From: Laetmonice hystrix
Taxonomy: Eukaryota
Assembly (NCBI GenBank): GCA_965235115.1
Contig: OZ249446.1
Coordinates: forward strand, 12,958,001 to 13,022,000
DNA: 64,000 nt
Direction: 5' to 3'
In this document: one piece after another, positions 1 through 13,720 of the stretch
Numbering within the stretch: the first letter of the stretch is position 1
Layout of the letters: each line of letters begins with the position of its first letter
Made by a program: the position numbers and the translations under genes
The notes under the pieces: model-generated
Told to the model about the DNA's origin: nothing
The model's database searches: none
What the model saw: the letters and a program-made list of their open reading frames with translations, nothing else

Positions 1-3000
1 TATTGATGCATACTGTTGAATCGCTCCAGTGGGCCTACTTTTGCAGGCTAACACTGACAGTCTACTGTTTTCTTGCGATGGATAGGCAAAATTAAGACGG
101 TTCAATAAAGAGCAGTAGCCAGGCCAGTTAGAAGTGTTCAGCATTGAATATGAATTCAAGTTACAATTGCACAAGTTTCAAATAATATATTTTGACTTGG
201 CCTGCATCATTTATAGGGGATGTAACGAGGATGGATCAAATATAGAGAACCACAATATAGTATTGATAATTCCAAATCCGCCATTTAACAGGTTTTAAAA
301 ATTAACTGGTTCTTCTATGAATTTAAAAGTTAGTTCAGCTATCAGGTCTGACAGTTTACCATGTCACTCATAATTGTTTAATTTATAAAAGTTAGTTTAG
401 TGACACTAACATACATGTATAAGTGATTGTTGTCTGCATATACATAATAGAAAAACAAGTGAATTGACGCCACTGAATGTCGTCCCAAAATATTTGTCAC
501 GTACGGCGTTCCATAGCCAACTTCATCGTTATTTTGATTTGAAATGAAATTCTCTGACTTTATCAGCTGGCATGCACTCTTCTATATACAGTGCAGCTGT
601 GCCTTTGTTGCAGTTAAGAGATAGTATTAAACCACACTGGGAAAACTAAACGGTTCAAAGGTTCTTCTTCTTCGCCCCATTCAGCTCGAGTTCCTCCTTG
701 GTATTAACAAAATAGTCCCGACGAGGCACAACGTCCCCTCATGTTCGACTCAAAAGAAAAATGAGCCCCCGTTGTCTGGTGTGGCTATGCCCCTGACACT
801 CACGATATATTATTATGTCTCCCAAAACGTTTGGTAAGCAATTATTCAATAACTGGGACTGTCATAATTTATCACCTATCTTTAAAAAAACGGCAATGAC
901 TGAAATCACCTTCGGGCAGCATAATCTGTGGTAATGGTTTAGACCTTGTAGTCCATTTCGGAGTTAGCTTGGGAATACACGTCTACGCTAGAGAAGGACA
1001 ATGGGGAGGGGGCAGCCAGATTGGTCTTCTGTATCCGTATTGTGAGTGCAGGAGAAAGCCTCTCTCCTTTACCGGGGGAAGATATGTGGAAAGTTTTACC
1101 GCTCCAAGAACCAGCGCGGGATGAACGGTAGTAAAATGAAAGCAGGGAATAATGGCAGTAAAGCCGAGCAGAGAACGTGCACACCGTGTCAATATGGTCT
1201 CAGTGCTGGCCACATTGGGTCAAGACAGATGTTAAAGAGAGCTAGAACTGAAGGGGGGCGACCTTGTGGGTTAAAGATATGGCGGAAAGCTGCAAGGAGG
1301 GTGCATGAGGGCGCTCAGGACGAAGTTGATGGCCTAGCCCTGACGGTGGGGTTGGCGTCGATATCAGCCTCGGCTCCTGTTAACAGTACCGGATGCCGTC
1401 ATATGAACGCAAGTCACGAGCTCGATACTCGGTAACGCATCTTCAGCGTGCAAGTCAGGACGGATGGGCTGGGAAAAATTAAATTGATCATCGTAATGGA
1501 AATTAATATATAGCGCTTGCTTGTGGCGAGACTTGCTCATCACTGGCTAGCCAATAATCAACTGAACGCTGTGGTATTATTTCATTTCAATATGGATATA
1601 TGATAAAGAGGGTGTATTATTAATCAGACCTTGTTCCGAGATGAGAACTTCGGTTGAAATTCGTGAAAATGTTATGTATGGTAAATTTTATACATTTAAC
1701 GGTCCGTAAGTTATGCTTTGTTAATAAGCTGCTATGGAAGAATCAAATTTATAACCCGCTAAAACTATGCAGAAGTTTAGTCGATCGTGATGAAACTAGA
1801 GTATCTATTCTTATTCTAGTCATTAACACTGCCGTGCGCCATAAACACTGGTCCTGGCCACCCCCTTCCAGATACACACTACTCATGATGATGATGGTAC
1901 TTCTTGTCAATTTAGTTCATGTCAAATGATATCCTGCACTCTCAGCAAGTGTAAAGTCTGTCTTTATTGGGACCATAAAACCTACTCCTTTTGTCTAGCG
2001 GCGAATTAGCCCGAGGGAAATGCCATATTTATGTTATAATTCCGAGCAGTTTCTCGCCACCATAACAACCTGAGTAATTCTATCTAAGCAAGCTGAGATT
2101 ACTGGGTAATCTGGGGGGGTATATGTTCCAGATTTATAACGTTATGAATAAATCAACAATGCAGACCAAACATAGAACGAATGAGCTAGGCAGTCGGCTG
2201 CATTATGCAAATCATGCTAGGTCCACGTTCCGTTTATGCAAATGTCACTTACTCAAAGCAGAACATTCATGTTAAACTCCACTTTGGATGGCAATCAATA
2301 TCAGTTCATTGCAATCACTAGGGGGTCCCCGGTCGTCGCGTGTCGACGTAGACCACTAATCGTAAACCATTTTATGCTGTGGTAACGACACCGTCTGGTC
2401 GCCCCAATAACCAGAAGCAGATGGCTTTCTTCATATACTACTCGCAGTCATTTTATCCCACCGTGCTGCTATGCAATCTGGTATTCTAGCTCCTGCCATC
2501 CGGGCGTAATTGGTCAGACATTACCTTATGGTTTATGACGGCTAGGGAGTGTGCCTGAGAGCCTAACACCTACACTTTTGTCACCACTGTGAATTATCAC
2601 TACCTTTTGGATTAAAGGAATAGCTTATCTTCTGAGGCAGTGTTAGATGCCTTAATGGGTAAATGTCACGATCAAAGAAGTTTGTGATGTATTATCGGCA
2701 GCATCAAGGAATCATAATATGTCATTAACTGGTGAAAAGACGGTGCTCATTATCTGTTTCCCAGCGGGGAATACGGAGTGAGATCTTTTGAACAATGTTT
2801 CAACTAATAAGGGTTTATCTTATGACTTCCAGAACCTTAAGGGTTAATGGATGGTCACATGGTGAAAGGACGCGCGATGTTACTCCCAGAAAAAACGAGA
2901 TCGGGTGTGTGTAAATATGGGTGAATCAATATCAGGGTAATCTATATCGTCTGACCCAAATGTATTTAAAAAAGGACCTGCACCAGCATGGCTTTGGGGT

Positions 3001-3607
3001 TATTGAAATAGCACAGAGGTATCTTACTAGGAATGTATTTAGTGACATTTATTTATAATTTTATGGTTACCAATAAAGGTCTCTACTGTCAGGTGAGCCA
3101 TAAAATTGAACTGGAAATTAACTGCAACGCAGCCAACCGCTGCTAACATCGACTTATAGGGAGAAAAGCACTCTGTCAACTTAGTAGTCGGTGGTTGCTT
3201 TGAAATTTTAATCAATTGTGTAAAGATCTATAATGATTCTTTAAACTGAACATATTAGCACTGGCGGTGAATAGCAGTCTGTACCGTTCCATGATCATTA
3301 AAAGTTTTATGGTTGCTTAAGAACTCAATGGAGATTGCGCCTTAATTGTGTCGTCAGTTTTCTTGTCTGTTCAGTGGTTTCTGAGAGGCCCACTGAGTGC
3401 ATGCAGTCCATGGCTATAATTGTCAGCTCGAATGTTAATGCTGTACTCCAGACTTCAAATTACAGTTCGGGAAATGAGGACGGGTGTCTTAAAGGTGTAT
3501 TTTTAGCCACTATTATTTTTATAATGATGATATCTTTTAGAAGATTTTGTATTTGGGGTATGGTTTTACGCCTTCGCAGCAGGCAGGGTCATGTCACTAA
3601 TGAAGGC

Positions 3608-3683
3608 GGTCAGTTTTACTGGTGGAGAGAACGGGAGTATATCCCGGGGGAAACTACCGACTTTATGGTAGGTAACTGACAAC
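3608..3683 (-). mobile_element. tRNA-SINE central-domain fragment (V/Meta-core-like)
   Basis: ggtcagttttactggtggagagaacgggagta..cccgggggaaactaccgac..gtaactgacaa is a degenerate reverse complement of the widespread invertebrate SINE core GTCGGTGGTTTTCTCCGGGTACTCCGGTTTCCTCCACC, recalled from known SINE families. Confidence 0.5.
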
Positions 3684-4340
3684 CCCACTGGGATCGACCA
3701 TCGACAGATTTACGTCTCGGCTGTAGTGGGCAGGTCACCATGTTGAAAGTAGTCACCACAGAAACGTAAACAAACACATGTGCTTTCCCACAGACACAGC
3801 TGTCACTTGTCAGATCCGTGACCGCCGAAGGAATCTGACGAAACGGTGAGCTCATTCATGTCAGATGTTTGGCCTCCGTATCCCGCCTAAATTATCTCAC
3901 CAGTTTCCCAGTCCGCAATTACTCATTAGGGATTCGTTTTTCTGCGCGTTGTTATGTCCCCCTGCCTGTTTACTCCAGTATTCCTTCGCGCCGCTTCACA
4001 AACACCCAGCAAACTGGGAATTATACCCGAGGTTATTTCCAACCTGACGGAAACACCCGGAAATGACCGAGTGTTCCCGAATGTAGGACCAGACTACGTA
4101 GGACTTCCAAAATCCGCCTTTTTCATGTTCTGAATTTAGGAAACTTGGTCATCATGTCATGTCACAACTTGGGCATATATCCTGAAACTATATGTAACAT
4201 GAGATTGCTTTGTTGCAACCTTTTTTGGAACTGATATTATGGCACTACTGGAATCTATTAGGGCTGGTCCTAGGTAGGGCCGGTCCCATGTTAATGCAAC
4301 GGCCCCCGGGAGCCGTCCATCTCTAGTCAGCCTATGTCTT

Positions 4341-4405
4341 GAGAGGGGCGGGTCTAGGTATTGGAGGGGGCATGCTCCCCCTAACCCCCTGTTCCGACCC
4401 GGCTG
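4341..4405. mobile_element. Degenerate short GC-rich MITE remnant
   Basis: Eroded terminal inverted repeat (ggcgggtc ... gacccggc) around an internal gggggcatgctccccc palindrome. No target-site duplication visible. Confidence 0.25.
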
Positions 4406-5263
4406 TAAAGTAACTCCTGTCAGTAGAGGCTTGGACTGAACGACTAGTGAAAGGTGTTACTTGACCCGATCTACAACAAGGTGGGAGATCCCTGTTAGAA
4501 AATAAGCATCATTATAGGAAACGTGTCACAGGTGTACAAAGATAGAAACTGACGAGAATCATAAAAATAATTGGGATTGTCGGAGTGTGAATCCATCGGA
4601 CTCATTTTAATCCTTTTCATCCATCATTAGCAGATTAAATGATGCTTAATGACCACAGTTTGATACATTAAGGAATTATGTAAGATTATGTTTGGGCGTA
4701 TCATTTTGTAACAATCGGTGGTTTGACAATAACACAGTGGAGGTAAAGCTAGGGATTTACGTGTGATTCCAACCGTCAAGATCTGAACGTGACTAGTAAC
4801 ATAATGAAGAACCAGAGGGCGCTGTGACTAGGATAGCGATGCGATGGCTGATGGTGCAACAAATGTGTAATTTCCGAGAGTATTATTTCAGCAATCATAA
4901 GATACCTATTTCGAGGTAAGAAAAATCACAGATAGGAATAAAATCAGTGTTGTAAATCCTGACGTATTGAATGCTGCTCAATATTGTATTTAAATAAAAA
5001 ATGAACAATACAAATAAACCTATAAATATGTGTCGCTTCAAGAAGAACATTGTGGGATGAATTATGTCTCGTTCTACGGTCTATGAGGAGTGTCCCCGTT
5101 CAATGTTTAGCGTATACTCCTTGCTTTACCTTGTGCACTTAGAGAGATATAACCAGATCTAATCATGTAACCCCTTTTATGTTTGCCTGAATGTGACGCT
5201 CAAAGACGGTTGACCCATTAATATAGAGGCCCCGGTGGAGGTGGCAATCAGGACCGAGCCTTG

Positions 5264-5325
5264 CCCCCCCCCCCACACCCCCTACCCCTCCCCACCCCTC
5301 CACCCATCACCACCTCAGCCTCAGC
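5264..5325. repeat. C-rich low-complexity tract (G-quadruplex-capable on the minus strand)
   Basis: A C10 run followed by repeated C3-C5 blocks. Confidence 0.8.
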
Positions 5326-5479
5326 TCCAGTGCCGCCCTCCTGACCCCTTCAAAGATACACAGCTCCCGATCGATGAAGAACTGCATAATTCTTAATCCT
5401 GTCTTCCTATTCCGCACGGCTCTAATTTGTAGCTTTGCTGCGACTCATGGAGGCGCGTATTGCTTAGTATAGACAGTGG

Positions 5480-6830
5480 GAGTGCCGGACGGGAGTCAGG
5501 GAACCACAAGGGAGGTACCAGTTCATGCCTCAAGGCCAGGACCACGGCTGCTCTTTTCTTCTAGGCCGGCCACCTGCTGGAGGAAAGCGCATCTCGGACG
5601 GTCAGCCTGGAGGACGCTCATCCTGGAGAAGTTCTCCAGCTGTCCGCTGCACCTGGAGGAGCAGGTTTGAGCGTCACTGAGACGACCAGGTGATATGCGA
5701 GGAAGAAACCAGCTGTTCCACCTACCAACCCTCCACATCAGCTGTACAGTTGAGGCGGTGACACCAGGAGAAGATAACACCCTCTGATCTCACTTGTCCT
5801 TTCCTCCACTGGCTCCAGTTCTCCAGTGTTTGACTCGTGCCGGCGTGGCGCGTACGAAGGCCCACGTTACACATGTCGGCTGTGGTGCACGTGAATGTCT
5901 GACGCCTCTATGACGCCGCCACTCCACCGATGTATATAGGTATGCGTGTACGGTACAGTAGTCACGGCAGAGAGTGCATTGATCACCATGGTTATCGTTC
6001 AAGGTGGGATGAGCATGGCGATCGGCGCGGGGTGATGAGGAGCCGGGGAGGTGGCGGGTACTGAGTGGGTGACGGTCATAGTGACAGTAAGGCGGGGCGC
6101 CCAGCTGCAGGTACACCGCCACCCTAGCGTTCACTGACGGGAGCACTCAATAACAGCCTCAGTATCAGTCTTACCTGGCTCCACGTGCTGGGGCCGCAGT
6201 ACACCGAGTATTGCGGCTACTAGGACCACCGCCGCGTGGCACCATTCCAGATCCATTCACGAACGCACACGCACGTGGCTTTGCTACCTGAGTTGCCTCT
6301 CGGTCCGTCTCACATAGGATCAGGATACCTTACGCCGCCAGATCACAATACTGGGATATTTTTTTGTGATGCGCATCTCTTTGTACCCGACATCACATTC
6401 TACTGTATGCGTGGCTATAGCAGAGGATGGTTTTAGGCCGAAAACCGGTCAATGTCCACGCGGTCAATGGGGCTTTGCTGCGCTAAGTACGACTTTCTTT
6501 AGTTAGGATTGAAGACAGGTGGACGTAAGTCAGGACTATAAAAGTGCCACTGAGTAAGGACGAAGTACAGGTGGGTGCATCAGGAATGCTTGGACAGGTG
6601 CCAATTGATAATTGCTTATAGGCAGAATTGCCTGGATATCTCAAGGAGGTGATCTGTACGACCCTGCAGGACCTGCTCACTTTGTAAGTCTCGGCGGACT
6701 ACTGCAGTGTCAACATGATGGAGAACCCCATGTAGGTTGCTCGGAAGAAGGCAAAGATAACCTGGGATTACCTCAGGAAATCAAGTAGGCCTCATGCATC
6801 AGCTGAAGAGCCATAGAGCGGATAATTTGT
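5480..6830 (+). mobile_element. Heavily decayed Ty3/Gypsy gag-protease-integrase relic (possibly Gmr1-like order)
   Basis: GC-rich block with stop- and frameshift-riddled motifs in order: LILEKF (SCAN-like gag), HNTG..FYCMRG (DTG protease-like), KYDFL-LG, QDLLTL, LMHQLKSH (integrase HH-like). By-eye only; borders approximate. Confidence 0.3.
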
Positions 6831-7229
6831 AGCTCTCCTCCAGGCAGGATTTTAGTGTTGTTCTCCAGTAACTTCCCTGACCCTAGCCCTGACACAGATC
6901 TCCTAGGATGGAGGATCTAAAGGACACACAACACTCTCTATCGTGATCTTCTACCTCCTGCACCCAGTAAAACATGCAAGCTTCGAGCCTCTGATAGGTC
7001 TGAACCTACGCCGTGGAGTTCCACTTTGGCAACGGCCGCGGAAGACACACTCAATTTGAGGCCTTTGTTCGTGGCACGTGTGCGTGTTTTATGAGTTGTA
7101 TGTGAATGCAGTCGGGGCGTTCACTCATAGCTGTTGCGTTTACCTCACCTTAGGTAGTCACACTGCTGACGGGAACTTTGCCAGCGCACCTTCAAGACAC
7201 AATCCAGGTAAGTCGATATCTCGCCTTAG

Positions 7230-8400
7230 CGCTTTCCAGATATCCGGTTAAGATGAATTGAAAGAATTGCAATGCAGGTCATGTTGACGTTCGAGGTTTC
7301 TTCAAGATGAAGCGAACTTGGAAACATCGTAGCATCACAAGCAGGATGAAGGTGATGGCATACCTGCCAGAGATGCTGCTGCTGCAGCATGGAACATCGG
7401 CAGAATGACGCGCATTTGGGTAATTCTGAAGAGATATGAATGCAGGTTGAGGGACACGAAGGAACCAGCGATGATTCATCAGGTCCATTCAACTGAGGTT
7501 ATTCATGGAAGCATTATTCATGATTGTACCGCATGCAACTATAAGGAGTTCTTGAAAGGGTTATAAATAAATCGAGATCATGAGGGGAACCTGAAGGATT
7601 GTCCAGTGTTACGACTGCAGAGCAGCCGTCAACGTTCTGATAATAGTACATGTAAATGGCGCTGAACAACTTACGTGCGGAATGTTATCAAAAGATGCAG
7701 GTCGCCATGCAGCACAGAGATACAGTAGCACGAATGACCAAGTTAGCGTGTCATGTGCTTAGTTGAAACCATGCAGGCCTTCCTTTCCTGCGATAACTAT
7801 TCAAGGCCCGATGCAGTGCATGTTATGTGTCGATAAATGATTTAGGTCCATGTGACAGCAATCCATCAGTAAGATGTAATACTTGGAGAAAATCCATTGT
7901 AAAACATATGTTTGGTTGTGTACCTTGCCCAGACTTAAGGAGATGTTGCTCTGGCCACAGGCCCAAGGTACGCTTCGATGTGAGTAGTTTGTATAATTGG
8001 GAGTTATTATCAGGCTCTGCCCAGCAGGGGGAAATGTTCGCAATAGTCGTATCTTGTATCCATAAAAAATTGTAATTTGTACGCAAGTTCCCATCTCCTA
8101 AAGTGTGAATCATTTAGTGGTTATTTGACGATACATCCTGACGATGGATAGGGTGTGTTACCTGCAGAAGCCGGGTACTCATGTTATCCGCTTGGTGCAG
8201 GTGAACGTGTGAGGTTTGTGAGTAGTATGCGGAGAGGTGGGGTTGTATCGGGATATACGGGTGGGATTCCACTCACCGTGGCTGCAAGCCCTGTCATCAT
8301 GCCATCAACCCATACATCATCCTGGATACCATAAATCGTTCCATTATCACCCACCTGAAACGCTTTCAATAGATGCAGTCAATGTGAAGGTAGAGGCTCA
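7230..8400 (-). mobile_element. Decayed Ngaro/DIRS-type tyrosine-recombinase retroelement relic (RNase H then YR)
   Basis: Minus-strand fragments in the expected order: DNGTIY..DD and LAATVSG (RH N-part), PDNNSQLYKLLTSKR (CDN..KGRS-like), NMHCIGP, LFIT, HRWF..ISLQNY, HS..AAAAASLAGMPS-FILL (HSFRIGAA..AG.P..I-like). Frameshifted; borders approximate. Confidence 0.4.
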
Positions 8401-10779
8401 CTACATTTTCAGCATTGATATGACTCATAGTAATCGAGGTCGGGTGGGGGTATGTAATGTATTACATGCATTTGATAACATTATTTCATTCACGACCAAA
8501 TGTATTTTACTCAGAGGTCAGGTACAAATGTTGTCCTTTTTAGCTTTCACTATTCCCCAACTTTGGAATATCTGCTAAATTATGTTCTGCGATAGGCCTA
8601 TGTGGAGTAAATTTCTGGTGCTAAAATATCTGAAGCAGAAATATATAAATCTATTGTGATAGTAATACAGCTATTCCAACCTCACATCTTAGTGTTATAG
8701 TTCCAATTACGCGAGACCATGTTCGGTGTACTCAGTCGGCGAACCCATGGTGAACCATGAAAATACCAGCGGAGATTTATTAACTGTGTATCTTTGTGCA
8801 AATGTAGATTCTCACGCTTAAGAGGTAAGTGGAGGGGGGGGGGGGCATGGCGTATCGGCCCCGAACTAAGAGCAGTTGCAATGAGAGAGTTTACACTCAT
8901 CACAGTATCGATTCTCAGGAAGAACTATTCTCTCATAGAAAAAGCAAATCAGCCTACACACACCCCAACTCTGTATGAAATAAAATGGTATAATACGCCA
9001 GGGAGGATAAAAAGTGTTGTTGCAACATTTGCCAATTTCAGCTGATTTGAGTACTGGTTCTATGACACGCCTATAAAAAAAAACCTCTATGGTTTGTGGT
9101 TCGAACTCCAGGATGCGGTTCTTGTTGCATAATTATGTTACTATCGAGTCTCTCGGGACATTCAAGAAATACTTTATTTAGCCGTCCTTTAAGGCTCTTT
9201 TTCGTTTTACTTGTTGACCTATATAGATAATAAGATTAATTGTGCATTATTTACGATAGGTCGTAATAACTTACATGTAGTTTTTTAAGGTATCATGTAG
9301 TGTTTTCACAGTTTATGCCGTCAAGTGGTGACTGGTAGGAATAAATGCGGAAACTGCACGCAGTCGATATGTGTTATCTTAAAGGTTCGTGATCAATGTG
9401 TTTCTATGTTTAATTAGCTGATTTTACTTTCATTAGGCAGGCCACTTATAACAATTCCATGAAGTAATCGATAGTGAGAAAAAAATAGATTGGTAACTGC
9501 TTAATGACAGGCTTTGCACAGCGTCATTAAACTGCGTACTATTTACAGTTATAAAGTCCAGTAGTTATTTTCAACAGCGGCTTTAGTTAGCAGGCCCTGA
9601 GGGCATGGCTGTGTATGACAGACTGAGTCTGGGCTGGTGGGTGGAACAGGGGGGTTCGACCAGTGCACTGCCAGTTGTTACAATCAGTGCAGGTCACTAG
9701 GGGATTATACCGAGCGTTTCGTATTGCCAAGAAGTGTGTCAGGCTCATTTATATTCTCCCGTGGTTTTACCGACTCCTCGGGGCTACCTGCATATTTCTG
9801 GGTTGTGTCATTTAGAGGAAGACTCCCGTAAATGTGGCAGTATATTATAGAATCTTTTCTTGCCTGATTTTTAACAAGATGCTTACCTGGGAAAGGTATT
9901 TCACTTAAGAAACAAACATGAGGTTACATATTTTCTCCGTCTTTTTATTTCTGGAAGGGGTGGTGTTTATTGGGGCTGACGGGTATTGTTTTATCCGATT
10001 ATGAACTACAAGGATCTGAACCGTAGTATGATATTAATAACTTTCTTGCCATTGGTGTTATTCCTAGAGTAAAACACCGCCAAAATGAGGAGTTGGCCTA
10101 ACTTTTGGCCTTTGAGGCATTTCCTTAAGTCCTGTGGGAATTAAAGTAAAAGGAGTTTATCAATGCATTGGGTAAGAGCTGTTAAGTGTCATAGTCGAGG
10201 TGCCGATATACATACTATACGACCCGGCTGTCAATGGCTCGGCCGGCTCATGTTGGCCTTGTCTTCACTGCACCGGACCAACCACAGCCGGCGCAGCCCC
10301 CAGCCTTCTCGGAACATTCCCAGGGGGCGCTACGGGCTTTTAGTCTGACATCCTCCTAATGGGGTGTTATCATGGAGCAGGAAGTCTCGCTGGAATCAGT
10401 GGCGACACCAAGGGGGCAGATTAAGCGTGAAGGTGGCCTCTGGTGTCAGGCATTGTGTATGATAGCGTGGTCCACCTCCGTGTGAGCTTACCGTCTCTGC
10501 CCTTGTGTGTATTCTACACCAATGCTTTTATCTCCTCGCAGAAAGTTTGAGGTTATCATATTTTCTTCCCGTCTCTGCTTATCTTGGCTGAGAATTCTCT
10601 GAAGATGGCCACGGCGCCTCGTCACATATTCTGAATATAATTTGATAAGTTATAAGTTATTTCTTTCACGAGGGGCTGAAATGGAATTGTAACGAAAGAG
10701 ACAGTGTTCTGTAATTATGCTAAAGATATACAGATTGGGAATGATGATTAAACCTTTTAAGGGTTGCATTTTTCGACAA

Positions 10780-12080
10780 ATGTTGCTGGTAAGGTGTTGA
10801 AGGCATATCTCTATAACTTTAACTCATTAACTTGACCGAGGTCGTGTTTGAATTACATTTCTGGACCTTCATTTACGATGTGAACCACTAAGATTTAGCA
10901 AAATATGCATGGTTAATAAAGTCGTGCACTTTTGTAGTATATCTCTGGTTAAGGATAACATGTATATTGTGTTTCGGCAATACATCTCACAGTTTAGTGT
11001 GTAGCACACTCAGGGGAGGATTTGCCCTTCCATAGACCATGGGACAAGGTATTGTATATATAGTAGGACATCAACTGGTTGTAAACTTTAATAAAATTGC
11101 TCCCCTGAGTCAATAGCCATACATAGTCTGCTGAATCACAATTTATCAAAGCCGCAGAGTAAAATGGGCAAATATTATTACAGTCCAGGACGTTTTCCAT
11201 GATGTATTTAGCTCAGGTTTGGGGTTTGCCATTAAGGCTCCGCATATAGATGTATAAGGCTGATGGCAATTCCCTGTAAAGTCTTAGAAGATGAAACAGA
11301 AGAGGATGAGAATTTCTTGTGATGACTAGAGGCAGTACGAAGCTTGGTGGCGTAGACCCCCTGGGGCCCAACACCTCTTCCGTTTAGGACAACACGAGAA
11401 CTTCATCAGAGAAAATAACATCATTTCAAAAGATCTGCCAAGCTCTTCATTACGAATCGGGGTGTTTGCCGAGTTCAGATTTCCGTGAAATCATTTGCTC
11501 CAGGCATTTTTGCAATAATGAGAAACAGCAGTGAAGATCTAAATTACTGTTGGTTGTTTGTGTACGGGACAGAATAGTGCCACACGTGTGTCTTTGCGTT
11601 TCTCGTCTTTTATCATCTTGAAGATTATTTGAACATCATATGTGTTGAAGGGACCATTGTTGTATTTAGTTGACCAAACCAGTTTGTGGTGACATGTGAA
11701 TCGGTAGGGAGTTGAATGGTAAGCAGAATTGAGTGTTATACTTGCAAGGTGTCTGCTTTACAAACCGGAGAGATATACAAGAGGTGTACCTCAATATAAT
11801 TTGTTTCTAATTATCCAAGCTTTCATACAGAGGCCAACATATTAATGCAAGTTTCTCATTATTAGTTTATTTATAATATTATCAATGATATTGGCCTCAG
11901 ACTGTTCGAGCGGCATTGATGAATGTGGCAAGTGGCGGTCCTGGACCGTATGACGTGACCAATACTTGAGGATTAGACCTTGATGTTGTACGGAACCATG
12001 TACGTCCAAGACGTCGACTGAGCCAGTAATCTGCACGTAACTCATGCCAATAAGCCTTATCTGGAGATCTGACTCATACA
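10780..12080 (-). mobile_element. Decayed CR1/L2-type LINE ORF2 (endonuclease to RT)
   Basis: Motifs in order: IG-V-R (IYRPP-like), IMRNLH (IMGDFN-like), PTRFT, KVYNQLMSYY..HGLWKGKSS (EK.V..QL..Q.GFRKG.ST-like), YAFNT (KAFDT-like). Confidence 0.5.
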
Positions 12081-13309
12081 CTGACTCACACTCATCGACC
12101 TTCCGTGACCTTTCAATAGAGAGGATCTATATAAGTCAGCCACATAGACACTGATTGGCCAAGCAATTTTCCAGCAAATTGTAATTTGATATGTCAGGCA
12201 GGCACTAGTCTTGAGGGAATGCAGCTAGCCGGGAAATCGACTAGTATAGAAAGGTTTCTTTTAGACCTCCGCCCTGACACTAACAATCCCTGGAGATATT
12301 GGTACGATGAAGCTCTTTAGTGGCTCTCTCTTTGATCTGGATCACCAAAGAGGGCTTGTGTTCGAATATCTGATATTAAGAGTCGCGTCCACCGTGGATT
12401 CTTGGCATTCCCGTATTAGGCCGCCTACTTTTATGAGAAAGCCCTGTTAGCCGTTAGGATGTGTGGGTCCCAATTATTGCAATTATTGCAATATAAATTG
12501 CCACACGAGTGGTATAGAAATGCAACTAGAGAAATTATTTTATTACCTCACTATTAGTAATAGGGACTATAATACAAGACAAAGGAACAGTGCTAGCCTC
12601 TTCATAACCAACGCATATAACGGCGACTACGGGCCCATGTGGCATCAGGGCTGTTACCATTGGCCCTTCAATCACACCCAATACCGACACCCCTCCCGGT
12701 GCAAATCGACTGCCGGGCTTTCCCCTGGGCTCTCCGTGATCCGGCGAGTCACCCACGGATCAACAGGTTCTCACATCCGCCAATAGGTGGCGTGGTGCAT
12801 AAACGAGGAAAGGCTAAACATGGTGCAAACGCTGGAACGGTTTGACAACTGCATAGAGACCTAATTTGGGGGCTGCACTAGGATCTACACTAAGAAATTG
12901 GCTTGATAGATTGGGCGAAATTGTGGCTCTATTTACAAGCCTTGTCTATAGTGTTAGTAAATATGTGCTCACAGCCTACTGCCACAGAGACATAATCTAA
13001 TTTGGTTTCAGTAATGTTCATTTTTGGAACAAAGTTATTAACCAACCTATGAAAAAATACTTTCTGATAATTTCCTCCCCATTTCGTAGTCCTTAGGAAT
13101 TGAATTTATTATTTGATCTGGATAACCTCACACGGATGTGCGTCAGGCAGATTGGTTTTAGATTTTGCATTTTCTCGCTAAAAGCAAACTGAACCATCGG
13201 AATTTAAATTACCTGTTAAAATAATGTTAAACCGTAAATAACTAAAGAAAGCGGATTGAAAGACATGAATGAAGGTTTGGCATAATTTTGAATGGAAAAA
13301 CTTCATTAT

Positions 13310-13720
13310 TCCATTAGTTCACAGATGTATATAAAAAAGGCATAGGGTGAATGGAGTGTTTCCCTAATTGGAATAAATTCAATTTGAGGCCATGAGTTTG
13401 TTGTATAAAATGGGGTGTGATAATAGGTGAGGAATGTGCCCTTCCATTACGGTACGATGGGCGATAATAGCAGGGGTCAACAATGTCAACGTTGGAAAAT
13501 GGGCGATGTATTACAGATCTATACAAACAGTCAAGTAGGATGTGAGTATTTGGCCCATGAGTTGATTACCCGTGCTACCTACATAGAACTAAATATCGGG
13601 ATAATTATTAACCCTATCTGAGACCAAATTTCAGTAGCCAAAATGTAAGAAAGGAGCATAAAGTTTCGAATCGTTTTTTGCAAAGATAGCAAGGAATCAT
13701 CTATATTTCGATGTCATCAG
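13310..13720 (-). mobile_element. Decayed LINE apurinic endonuclease fragment
   Basis: ILATEIWS (I.LTETWL-like), NVDIV..CYYRPS (IIG.IYRPP-like), HGLKLNL (GDFNINL-like). Confidence 0.45.

Noticed and set aside
9098-9109. Pol III B-box GGTTCGAACTCC suggesting a tRNA gene
   Set aside because: No A-box at proper spacing and no cloverleaf. At most a SINE remnant.
11725-11799. Ly6-like peptide RIECYTCKVSALQTGEIYKRCTSI* suggesting a paralogous exon
   Set aside because: No pyrimidine tract before the AG, an early stop, wrong Cys spacing, and it lies antisense within a decayed LINE. Treated as chance.
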